A stretch of DNA of 64,000 nucleotides from an uncultured Verrucomicrobia subdivision 3 bacterium (GTDB taxonomy: Bacteria; Verrucomicrobiota; Verrucomicrobiia; Limisphaerales; UBA11358): the NCBI GenBank assembly GCA_903895255.1, contig CAITTG010000092.1, positions 64,306-128,305 on the forward strand. Reading direction: 5' to 3'. Positions 7,968-16,279 of the stretch are shown here, one piece after another. The notes beneath the pieces are model-generated. The model made no database searches, was not told where the DNA came from, and worked only from the letters and a program-made list of their open reading frames with translations. The translations under genes were made by a program, and so were the position numbers. Position 1 is the stretch's first letter. Every line of letters starts with the position of its first letter.

Positions 7968-10900
7968 CTAATTTTTCACGGCAAACTGGTAACTGCCTGA
8001 TGCCACGGCCAGGACGGCGCAGCCACCTTCATTCCGCAGCCATTTCACTCCCGCCGCCTGCGGCAGCGGCTGGCCGCTTTCGGTGATTTGGCCAGCCGTG
8101 GTGGCGGGGCCGGCCGGCAGGTATACGGTGGCGGAGGTGTTGGCGGGGATGGTAACATCCAGAGCCAGCCCCTCCCCGGTTCGCCGCCAGGACGACTTGA
8201 TCGGTCCGCGAATGCAGTCATAGGCAGCGGCGACATTCGTGAGTCCGGGATCCAGTTGCGGCGCGATAATAATGTGCTGGTACGCCGTGCCATCGGGGCG
8301 GATGCCGCCGAGGTTTTCCAGCATCCATTGATAAACCGCGCCGAAGGAGTAGTGGGCGAAGGAATTCATGCCGGGATCCTGAAAACCCTTTTCCGGAGTC
8401 CAGCCATCCCAGCGCTCCCAAATGCTGGTGGCCCCGTGCTTGATGGAGAAGCCCCAGGAGGGAAACGTGTCATTGTGAATCAGCCGGCAGGCGACGTCGT
8501 TGCGCCCGATCTTGGCCAGTACCAGCATCAAATCCTTGGTGCCGATGAAGCCGGTGGACAAATGCCAGTCGCGCGCCTGAATGTTTTCGACCAGATGCTG
8601 CGCGGCGAGTTTCGCCCGGTCACCATCCACGAGATCAAATCCCAGCGCCAGCACATAACCGGCCTGGGTGTCGCCTTGCACGCGGCCGTCATCGGTGACA
8701 TAGGCCTGGTTGAAAGCCGCCTTGAGGCGCTCGTACAGCGCAGTGTATTTGGCCGCATCCCCGGTTTTACCCAGCACGGCCGCCGCCCGGGCCACCAAGC
8801 GGGTGGATTGCGCAAAGTAGGCAGTGCAAATGACATCTTTGGGGGTGGCCGCCTGGATGCTGAGCCAGTCGCCGAAACAATGATAATGATCGGGCGGGAG
8901 CAGGTTGGGCTTGCTGCGGTTCTGGCAGAAAGCGATAAACCGGGTCATGGCCGGATAATAGGTTTCCAAAATCCGTCGATCACCATAGACATCGTAAATC
9001 GTCCACGGGCAAATCACGCCGGAATCCGCCCAGGCGGGACCGCCATCGTCGCCGGCAATTTTCACCGGCGCCACCATGGGGAATTCCCCGTCCGCGCGCT
9101 GGCCGTCGGCGATCAAATCCACCAGCCATTTGGTGTAAAACGCCTGCACGTCACAATTCAGGGTGGCGGTGCGGACATAGACCTGCGCATCGCCCGTCCA
9201 GCCCAAACGCTCATCGCGCTGCGGACAGTCGGTGGGGATGTCGATGAAATTCGCCCGCTGGGTCCAGTAAATATTGTTGTGCAACTGGTTCAACATGGGG
9301 TCGGAACAGGCAAAACTGCCGGCGACCGGCGTGGCACTGCTCAGGGCCAGACCGACCACCGTGTCCGCCGCGGGCGGTTGGGTCAGGCCGGTGACCTCGA
9401 CATATTGAAATCCATGAAAGGTGAAATGCGGTTCCCATTCCTCCACCCCGCTGCCCGCGCACACATAGGTGTCCGTGGACCGTGCGGAGCGCAGGTTGGT
9501 GGTGTAAAGGGTGCCATCCGGATTGAGCCGCTCGGCAAAGCGCAATTGGATGCGCTGACCGGGCCGGCCCGAAATTTTGAGGCGGGCGATCCCGGCAAAG
9601 TTTTGCCCCAGATTGAGCACATAAACGCCGGGCCGGGGTTCGTTGATAGTTTTGGCCTTGAACTCCGCGAGAACCCGCACCGGCGGACCGGGATGGGCCT
9701 GCATGAGTGGATGCACCGTGGCATCGGTGACCACGGGTTGCCACGACTGGTCGGCAAAACCCGGACGGTCCCAACCGGTGGGCTCCCGGCGGGCATCAAA
9801 GGTTTCGCCCTTGAGAAAGTCGGCTTCCTGCACCGCCCCGGTGCTCGCTTTCCAGTCCGGACCGGTCCCAATGACTGCAGAGGAACCGTCGGCGTAGTCC
9901 AACTGCAATTGCATCCGCACGCGCGGCAGTTTGCCATAGTAATCGCGCTGTTTGGCATAACCGATGTAGCCGGCGTACCAGCCATCCGCCAGCACCGCGC
10001 CCAGGGCATTTTCCCCGGATCGAATTAATGAGGAGACGTCGTATGTGCGGTAATGCACCCGTTTGTCATAATCGGTCCAGCCAGGCGTGAAAAAGTCATC
10101 ACTGACGAGGTGCCCGTTAAGATGCGCCTCCACCAAGCCCAAGGCACTCACGTAAAGCGTGGCCCGCCGAACCGGCCGGCCGGCTTGAAAGGTCGTGCGC
10201 AAGTAAGGTGCCGGAGGCAAAAATGGTTCGACAGCACCGAGTATTCCCCAAGGGGCCACGCCAGGTTCCCCAATAATCCGTGGGGTTGACCAAGCATCCT
10301 CCGGCAGTGACACGCTCAGCCAGTTTGTGCCCGGGCTCCGGGCGGCGCGCCAGGAACCATCCGTCACCAGGCGAAAGGTTTGCCCATCCGCGGTGGTCAC
10401 GACCAAGGAGGCCAACAATCCGGCCGCGCCGGCATCGGCATTCTCCGCCAGCACCAAAAGATGGTTAACCCCGGGTTGCAGGGCGGTGGAGACGTCCGTT
10501 TGCTGGGGATGCCGCCAGCTTTCATTGCCGGGCGGGCTGGCTAAAACAGTTTGGTTATTGATGGCAAACTGAAAGCCGTCATCCGCCGTGGCCGTCAATT
10601 CAGCCCGCGAGATAGTAACACCGGCCGGGAGAGAGAAATCACGCGCAAACAGGCGAAAGCCCTTGGGCGGCTTGCCGCCATCCGGGGCGAACCAGAGCCA
10701 CTGCGCATGCTCAAACGGGGACACAGCCTGGCAGTTCGTGCGGGCGGCATCATAGCCAATCCATTGCGCCAGCCAGTCCGTCGGATCCAGCAAACCCATC
10801 GACCATTCCGCCGGCGTGCTCCAGACCGCCTGGTTCTGCGCATCCCAGACCCGTACCTTCCAGAAACAATGCTCCTGAGACAGGAGCGGCGAGCCGGCAT

Positions 10901-11231
10901 AAAGTGTGCCAATGGACTCATCGCTCTCCACCCGGCCGGAGTCCCACAAATCTCCCTTGTCCTGTTGCAATAATACCGGGGTGCTGGCGACCAGGATTTG
11001 ACAAGCCACCTGGCGGGCGCCCCGCTCGGCAGAAACCAGTTGCCAGGACAGTCGCGGGTGGATTTCGTCAATGCCCAGAGGGTTTACCCGATATTCGCAA
11101 CGCAAACCAACCGGGGTTAGACCGGAGGTGGTCATGCCATTCTCCGATGCCGCGCATCGATCCGTCAACCATCCGGCCAACAAACCCAAAAATAAAAGGC
11201 AAGGGCGAGCGACGTGAATGATGAATTTCAT
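7968..11231 (-). CDS. Alpha-L-rhamnosidase, GH78, with a CBM-like beta-sandwich inserted after the N-domain
   Basis: 1,087-aa ORF with a signal peptide. GH78 motifs seen: LRCEYRVNPLGIDEIHPRLSWQL, ATLYVSALGLVEAHLNGHLVSDDFFTPGWTDYDKRVHYRTYDV and DCPQRDERLGWTGDAQV. The inserted domain covers aa 175-329 (nt 10245..10709). Confidence 0.9.
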   Translation of the reverse strand: MKFIIHVARPCLLFLGLLAGWLTDRCAASENGMTTSGLTPVGLRCEYRVNPLGIDEIHPRLSWQLVSAERGARQVACQILVASTPVLLQQDKGDLWDSGRVESDESIGTLYAGSPLLSQEHCFWKVRVWDAQNQAVWSTPAEWSMGLLDPTDWLAQWIGYDAARTNCQAVSPFEHAQWLWFAPDGGKPPKGFRLFARDFSLPAGVTISRAELTATADDGFQFAINNQTVLASPPGNESWRHPQQTDVSTALQPGVNHLLVLAENADAGAAGLLASLVVTTADGQTFRLVTDGSWRAARSPGTNWLSVSLPEDAWSTPRIIGEPGVAPWGILGAVEPFLPPAPYLRTTFQAGRPVRRATLYVSALGLVEAHLNGHLVSDDFFTPGWTDYDKRVHYRTYDVSSLIRSGENALGAVLADGWYAGYIGYAKQRDYYGKLPRVRMQLQLDYADGSSAVIGTGPDWKASTGAVQEADFLKGETFDARREPTGWDRPGFADQSWQPVVTDATVHPLMQAHPGPPVRVLAEFKAKTINEPRPGVYVLNLGQNFAGIARLKISGRPGQRIQLRFAERLNPDGTLYTTNLRSARSTDTYVCAGSGVEEWEPHFTFHGFQYVEVTGLTQPPAADTVVGLALSSATPVAGSFACSDPMLNQLHNNIYWTQRANFIDIPTDCPQRDERLGWTGDAQVYVRTATLNCDVQAFYTKWLVDLIADGQRADGEFPMVAPVKIAGDDGGPAWADSGVICPWTIYDVYGDRRILETYYPAMTRFIAFCQNRSKPNLLPPDHYHCFGDWLSIQAATPKDVICTAYFAQSTRLVARAAAVLGKTGDAAKYTALYERLKAAFNQAYVTDDGRVQGDTQAGYVLALGFDLVDGDRAKLAAQHLVENIQARDWHLSTGFIGTKDLMLVLAKIGRNDVACRLIHNDTFPSWGFSIKHGATSIWERWDGWTPEKGFQDPGMNSFAHYSFGAVYQWMLENLGGIRPDGTAYQHIIIAPQLDPGLTNVAAAYDCIRGPIKSSWRRTGEGLALDVTIPANTSATVYLPAGPATTAGQITESGQPLPQAAGVKWLRNEGGCAVLAVASGSYQFAVKN

Positions 11232-11329
11232 GGCAAAAATATAGCCACGCTGACCTGCTGAAGAAAGTTGAAAACCGCCCGAGAAAAATGACTGAGGAAG
11301 AGGAGGGGCACCCCGGGGGGTGTATTTTG

Positions 11330-11352
11330 CATTTTAAAACGTTTTTAAAATG
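11330..11352. promoter_or_regulatory. Perfect AT-rich inverted repeat CATTTTAAAA-cgt-TTTTAAAATG, a candidate operator or promoter element upstream of GH78
   Basis: 10-bp arms with a 3-nt spacer, read directly from the sequence. It lies about 100-120 nt upstream of the GH78 ATG (11231) in an otherwise GC-rich context. Its right arm plus flank (TTTTAAAATGCC) recurs at 36637..36648. Confidence 0.4.
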
Positions 11353-11452
11353 CCGGTGGTTAAAAATACGCCCCAAGCAAGCGCCACCGTCGCGATCGAT
11401 GGCCAGCAACAGAGTTTAAAGGCTGAGCCGCTGACTTTTAGCGGTGCCCTGG

Positions 11453-12262
11453 CTACCATGGACCGGTGCCAACAACCACCGGGGCGTCATAGTAAGAGGC
11501 GTTGTTATCGGCATAATTAACGGCGGTTTTGGCAATAATATTGGCGGCCCCGTTGAATTTGATCCAGTCCACATGACCATCTTCATAGAGAAAATTCCCG
11601 CCCGTGGGAACACCGTTTTTTCCCGCGTGATTGGAGACCGGACCGCTATAACTAAAAGCACCGGTGAAAGAAATATCCCAGGGGTTGGCCGCACCGCTGG
11701 TCTCGATGGCATCGGCCATCACGGCGGCGAGGTGATAGGCTTGGTTTAATTTGGTCCGGGTATACCAGGGGCCATAAGCCGGGACGCTACCGTAAACGGA
11801 ATCGGCCGCCCGGGCGGGCAACCAGTGGTAGCCAATCAGGTTGGTAACACCGGCGGAGGCTTCATAATTCCGCCGCCAGGTGTCGGTGGGACAATACATG
11901 ACCACATTCTGAGCGCGCACCCCGGTGCTGCTGTTGCCGGTGATGTTTTTGTACAAATAGGAAGGGAAAAATCCGGTGTTGAAATTGCCACTGACCCATT
12001 CGGGCCCCTCGTTCTGGGCGGGCAAGGCGATGTTGTCCGGAAAGTGATCGGCAAAATCACCCGCATACATGGCCACCGCGATGCCCCACTGTTTGAGGTT
12101 GCTGGAGCATTGTGCTTGCAGCGCCCGGCTTTTGGCCTTGGCCAGGGCGGGCAGCAGCATGGCCGCCAAAATCGCAATGATGGCAATCACGACCAGCAAT
12201 TCAATCAGGGTGAAGGCGCCGGGCCGCCGGGGGTGAACCGATATTTCCAGGCAATCATTCAT
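11453..12262 (-). CDS. Prepilin-type N-terminal cleavage/methylation domain protein, DUF1559 / H-X9-DG-like pseudopilin family
   Basis: Shows [15 protein letters not shown]|[29 protein letters not shown] and a C-terminal [16 protein letters not shown]. The ORF track starts at 12322, but that ATG lies inside a 10-bp GC hairpin stem. The Met at 12262 gives a typical short prepilin leader. Confidence 0.8.
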   Translation of the reverse strand: MNDCLEISVHPRRPGAFTLIELLVVIAIIAILAAMLLPALAKAKSRALQAQCSSNLKQWGIAVAMYAGDFADHFPDNIALPAQNEGPEWVSGNFNTGFFPSYLYKNITGNSSTGVRAQNVVMYCPTDTWRRNYEASAGVTNLIGYHWLPARAADSVYGSVPAYGPWYTRTKLNQAYHLAAVMADAIETSGAANPWDISFTGAFSYSGPVSNHAGKNGVPTGGNFLYEDGHVDWIKFNGAANIIAKTAVNYADNNASYYDAPVVVGTGPW

Positions 12263-12299
12263 ATATATTAAAGCAATTTCAGGCCAAACCTGATAAATT

Positions 12300-12358
12300 G
12301 GGGCGGGAACACCCGGTGGCATTCCCGCCCCAAACCCAGTTCAGGGCGAACCGCCCTG
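12300..12358 (-). terminator. Two consecutive GC-rich hairpins downstream of the 12365..15994 gene (possible terminator or attenuator, no clean U-tract)
   Basis: On the minus strand: CAGGGCG-gtt-CGCCCTG (12342..12358), then GGGGCGGGAA-N12-TTCCCGCCCC (12300..12331) followed by AATTTAT. Confidence 0.3.
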
Positions 12359-12364
12359 GTCGAC

Positions 12365-15300
12365 TCAGGGATAAACCATCCGGTAAAATTCCGCCGGATT
12401 GGTGGTGACGATGGTAATGGTGATCGAATTGGTGGTGGTCGAGCCTGGCACGGTCGCCCAGTTAGTGCTCAAGCCGGTTGCCAGAGTGTTGGTTTGCACC
12501 TGCAACCGCCAGCCGGTGTGATCCGCCGGCCAGCTCAGGGTCAAGGCGCTGCCGTGGACTGAGGTGGTGATGTTCGTTGGATTCGCATTCACGGTCGAAC
12601 CCACGACGATGCGCAACGTACCGTCGGTGGTGAGCGTGTTGGTGTTCCAAGCCAGGCCGGCTCCGGGAGTGGCCGGACTAATGGCGGCGAAACTACCCGC
12701 ATAGGACGTCGCTGAAAAGAGCGGGAAGGCGTCGCTGGTCGTCAGAGTGCCGCCGGCATTGGTGATCACCAGGGTGCCACCGTAGGTCAGAGTGCCAATA
12801 CCCGTGATGGTTGCATTCGTAGCCGCCGATTTGCTGATCTCCATGGCGGTCGTAGCGCCGGCGGACAAGGTGAGATTGGCGTTCACAGTGAGGGTGCCCA
12901 AGCCATCTCCGGGTTTGAGCGTGCCGCCGGCGGCGACAGTGACCGCGCCAGCGATGCCACCGGAACCGCCGAGTGTGCCGCCAGCGGCCACGGTGACATT
13001 CCCGGTCCCGCCAATTTGCCCCTCCACCAGCAGCGTGCCGCCGCTGACGGTAGTGGTGCCGGAATAGGTGTTCTGGCCACCCAACGTCCAAACCCCGGGG
13101 TCACGTTTCAACACGTTCAACGCCGTGCCGCCCGAGGCATCGGTGAGGATCCCGTTCCACAAGCCCACTCCCGCACCTTGCAGGTTCAGATCAACGGGGG
13201 CATAAGAAGTAACGTTGACCAAGGAGCTGGAAGCATCAATCGTCAACTGCCCCCGGGTGGCTTCCACGTTCAATTCGGTGCCGTTGACCCCGGCCGCCGA
13301 TCCGGTGGTGAAGGTTAATCCAGCGGTAATGTCATTCGTGCCACTAAAATTGGCAATGTGGGGGGCGGTGGCAGCCAGCCCGGTGTTGAACCGGGTGTCC
13401 AGTCGCAGCGGTTGCGTCCAGACGATATTGTTCGAGAGATACAAACCGCCAAAGTTGTCACCCCGGCCAATGGCGGTGGAACCATTGACGGGATCGCCCA
13501 ACGCCGCCGGGTTGTCAACAATGACGTCGGACCAAACAATCTGGTTTTGACCGGTATGGCTGCTGACCCCCGTGAGGACAGTGGTTTGAAAACCAGTGAA
13601 GTCGTACAAGCCGGTGCCCGAGACGGCATTGGGGATCACCAGCACACTCGCCGCACTGGCCGGAACCAGCACGCCGTTGTTGAGAATGGGTCCGGGATTG
13701 GGGGTGCTGGCGATGGACAGCGTCCCGTTATTGATGGCTTGAATGGTATAGGCGCTGTTGGTCGCGGACAGTACCGTGGTGCCCGTGCCATCCTGAATAA
13801 CGGTGCCCGAACCCACCAAAGTGGCGGCGATGGGCAGCAAACCGGCATCAGCGAAATCCAAGGTGCCGTTGTTGGTGATGAAACTGGCTTGTAGAAAGCC
13901 GTCGGTGCCATTGTAGCCGATTTGCAAATAGGTGTTGGTGGTCGCCGAGCCAGGCAGGGCGGTGATCGTAACACTGGAATACTGTTCGTTGGTGACCGCC
14001 AGATATAAGGAACCCGTGCCATCGCCAGTTACGAGGAGGCTCTGGCCACTGATGCTGTCACCAGTCATGATGTACCCATCGCCATTGAGGGCGTTGACGG
14101 TCACGGAGTTGGGATTGACGAGATTGGTGACATTGACGGTGTTGCCCCCGACATTATAACCCAAGCTGTCAAAGGTCACATTATTACCAGTGGCAAAATC
14201 GGCCTGTGAAACCCCGCCGTTCGTGGTCCAATTGGCCGTGACTGTATCCCAAGTGGTATAATCCACCTCGGGATACCAGGTGAGGTTGTTGGGAATAAGA
14301 ACGGAGACCCGGGACACGGTGCTGGTGACGACGTTGGCACTGTTGAGCTGGTTGCTGACCACCACGGTAAACTGGTCGCCATTATCCGCCAGCGTGGCGG
14401 GCGGCGAGGTGTAATTCTGATTGGTGGCGTTCAGAATGGCCACGCCGTTCTTGCGCCATTGAAAAGCCGGGGACCAGCCTTCCACCGTCACGCCCACAGA
14501 GATGGGCGCGCCCACTGCCACCACCTGGCTGGTGGGGGATGGGCCGCCAAAAATCGAGACGGGAGACTGGGGATTTTGATACACAAACGAGGAGGAACCG
14601 CTCGAACCGAAGGTGAGCGGGAGATTATTGCCCGTAAAGGTCAGGTTGGTGCCCGCCACCGCCGGGAGGAAGTTGCCGGTGAGGTTTTGATCGATCTCCA
14701 CGAGCCAGCCCATGTTGGTGGTGCTGCCAGTCGCGGAGGGATAGAGTTGAATGCGCACCCGGTTGGTGGCGGCGGAGCTGGGGGTGGGATTGCTGACGGT
14801 GGCGCCATTGATGAACAACTGGCTGGGGTTGGCCCCCGAGCCCAGGCGGGTGAGGACGCCCAACTTGGCGTTGACCACCCCGCCATAACCAGCGCCGCCG
14901 ATATTAATGGCGGTCCAAGCATCGGATGATTGGGAACCATTCGGAGTGACGATACCATCAAAAACCACCATGTCCCCCGCCAAAAGTGCATTACCGCTGA
15001 TGGCGACGCCGGGGTCGGTCACCGCGCCTTCACCGGCGGCCACCGTGGTGGTGGGGAAATTAAAAGTGAGGATGCCCGGAGTGGAGCGGACCGTGAGCAC
15101 CGAGACCGAGCTGGTCACGACATTACCAGCGGTGAGGAGGTTGGTAACGACCACGCTATATTGCGCGCCATTAAAAGAGGCGGTGGTTGGCGGGGTGGTG
15201 TAGGTAAGATTGGTGGCTCCCAGAATCGGAACGCCATTGGAACGCCATTGTTGGGCGGTTTGAATGGGATAGCCCTGGGTAATGGTGGCCGACACGGTTG

Positions 15301-15994
15301 CGGTAAGTCCCGCCGCCACGAGATTGGTGGCCGGGGAGGCGGCGGATACAGCAATGATCGGCTGGGTTTGGATGAACAAGTGAGCGGCATTATTCGCGCC
15401 AAACTGCAAGGGAATGGTATTGCCAGCAAACGTTAATCCAGTGCCATTGAGCGATGCATTATAGGTTCCAGTGGCACCCTGGTCGATTTCCACCAAATAG
15501 GTCATGTTCGTGGTGGAGCCAGTCAACGTGCAATCCAGCTCAATATGGACGCGGTTGGTCCGGGAATCCAGCGCGGCGGAACCAAACTGGGTGGAGGTCC
15601 CATTAACAAAGAGCTGCCATTTATTGCCGCTGGTGGTGCCCGTTTCGGCCAGCACCCCCAAAGTGGCGGAGGTCAGTCCCAAATAGCCGCCCGCATGCAG
15701 TTCCACCGCGCCCCAGGCATCACTCGTAGAGCCGGGCACGTTGATGACGATGCCATCAAAAACCACGACGTCCCCGATGTTCAAATTGCTGCCATTGATG
15801 GCGGTGGCGCCATTGGCCGGATTTACGGGACCACTGCCCGCGGCGGCGGTGGTGTTGTTAAAGCTAAAGGTGTTCGTCGCCGCCTGAGCGCTTAGCGACA
15901 CGATGGCCAGCCCAAGGCTAGCGAGCAGTCCGACCCGGGATGTGCGGATTACAGTTTGGATGATTCTGAACATAGGATTGTTGGTTTGGTGCAT
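12365..15994 (-). CDS. Large secreted surface protein with a tandem duplicated (unknown beta-sandwich + Ig-like) module, autotransporter-associated beta-strand (PATR) repeats and a C-terminal FYR-tail domain
   Basis: The ORF track start at 16006 is TTG. ATG options are 15994 (MHQTNN..) and 15973 (MFRIIQTVIRTSRVGLLASLGLAIVSLSAQA, a classical signal peptide). PATR-type segments include GTLTLGGQNTYSGTTTVSGGTLLV. The C-terminus is ...LSWPADHTGWRLQVQTNTLATGLSTNWATVPGSTTTNSITITIVTTNPAEFYRMVYP. Confidence 0.75.
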   Translation of the reverse strand: MHQTNNPMFRIIQTVIRTSRVGLLASLGLAIVSLSAQAATNTFSFNNTTAAAGSGPVNPANGATAINGSNLNIGDVVVFDGIVINVPGSTSDAWGAVELHAGGYLGLTSATLGVLAETGTTSGNKWQLFVNGTSTQFGSAALDSRTNRVHIELDCTLTGSTTNMTYLVEIDQGATGTYNASLNGTGLTFAGNTIPLQFGANNAAHLFIQTQPIIAVSAASPATNLVAAGLTATVSATITQGYPIQTAQQWRSNGVPILGATNLTYTTPPTTASFNGAQYSVVVTNLLTAGNVVTSSVSVLTVRSTPGILTFNFPTTTVAAGEGAVTDPGVAISGNALLAGDMVVFDGIVTPNGSQSSDAWTAINIGGAGYGGVVNAKLGVLTRLGSGANPSQLFINGATVSNPTPSSAATNRVRIQLYPSATGSTTNMGWLVEIDQNLTGNFLPAVAGTNLTFTGNNLPLTFGSSGSSSFVYQNPQSPVSIFGGPSPTSQVVAVGAPISVGVTVEGWSPAFQWRKNGVAILNATNQNYTSPPATLADNGDQFTVVVSNQLNSANVVTSTVSRVSVLIPNNLTWYPEVDYTTWDTVTANWTTNGGVSQADFATGNNVTFDSLGYNVGGNTVNVTNLVNPNSVTVNALNGDGYIMTGDSISGQSLLVTGDGTGSLYLAVTNEQYSSVTITALPGSATTNTYLQIGYNGTDGFLQASFITNNGTLDFADAGLLPIAATLVGSGTVIQDGTGTTVLSATNSAYTIQAINNGTLSIASTPNPGPILNNGVLVPASAASVLVIPNAVSGTGLYDFTGFQTTVLTGVSSHTGQNQIVWSDVIVDNPAALGDPVNGSTAIGRGDNFGGLYLSNNIVWTQPLRLDTRFNTGLAATAPHIANFSGTNDITAGLTFTTGSAAGVNGTELNVEATRGQLTIDASSSLVNVTSYAPVDLNLQGAGVGLWNGILTDASGGTALNVLKRDPGVWTLGGQNTYSGTTTVSGGTLLVEGQIGGTGNVTVAAGGTLGGSGGIAGAVTVAAGGTLKPGDGLGTLTVNANLTLSAGATTAMEISKSAATNATITGIGTLTYGGTLVITNAGGTLTTSDAFPLFSATSYAGSFAAISPATPGAGLAWNTNTLTTDGTLRIVVGSTVNANPTNITTSVHGSALTLSWPADHTGWRLQVQTNTLATGLSTNWATVPGSTTTNSITITIVTTNPAEFYRMVYP
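14297..15877 (-). repeat. Intragenic tandem duplication of a ~265-aa unit (aa 44-306 and 311-570)
   Basis: The two units align, for example NIGDVVVFDGIVINVPGSTSDAWGAVELHAGGY...TNRVHIELDCTLTGSTTNMTYLVEIDQ with LAGDMVVFDGIVTPNGSQSSDAWTAINIGGAGY...TNRVRIQLYPSATGSTTNMGWLVEIDQ. Each unit ends in an Ig-like segment (QWRSNGVPILGATN / QWRKNGVAILNATN). Confidence 0.75.
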
Positions 15995-16061
15995 GGCAGC
16001 CCGCAACGTTAATTAAAACGACTTTAGGCTATGGCAACACTGTCACTGAGATTACGGGCGG

Positions 16062-16111
16062 CGTAAATACCCTTTAAAAGTAGCCCTTACATCCCCGAAA
16101 CAGGGGATGGT
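16062..16111 (-). promoter_or_regulatory. Conserved intergenic motif, copy A: CGTAAAT-N11-GTAGCCC-N3-CATCCCC-gaaaca-GGGGATG-GT (plus-strand reading)
   Basis: 7-bp perfect hairpin or inverted repeat at 16090..16109. The motif is near-identical to copy B at 19564..19613 with identical spacing. It lies 56-117 nt upstream of the candidate starts of the 12365..15994 gene and downstream of the response regulator stop. Confidence 0.55.
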
Positions 16112-16279
16112 AAAGGCGACAGGTGGGGAAACTAAGGCAACAAGGCCGGGCACCATCCAGGTCGAGAATACCATGGCCCGAGCCGTTGGCCTTGGCAACG
16201 GAATCGGGCAGCAACTTGGGCCGCCAGCCCCGGCTGGTTGGAGGGCGGCCGAAAGCCAGCAAACCAACCGGCCATGGGC

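Noticed and set aside
8088-10028. 646-aa plus-strand ORF
   Set aside because: Antisense to the GH78 gene, whose own frame carries unambiguous GH78 motifs. The composition is Gly/Arg/Pro/His-rich and non-protein-like.
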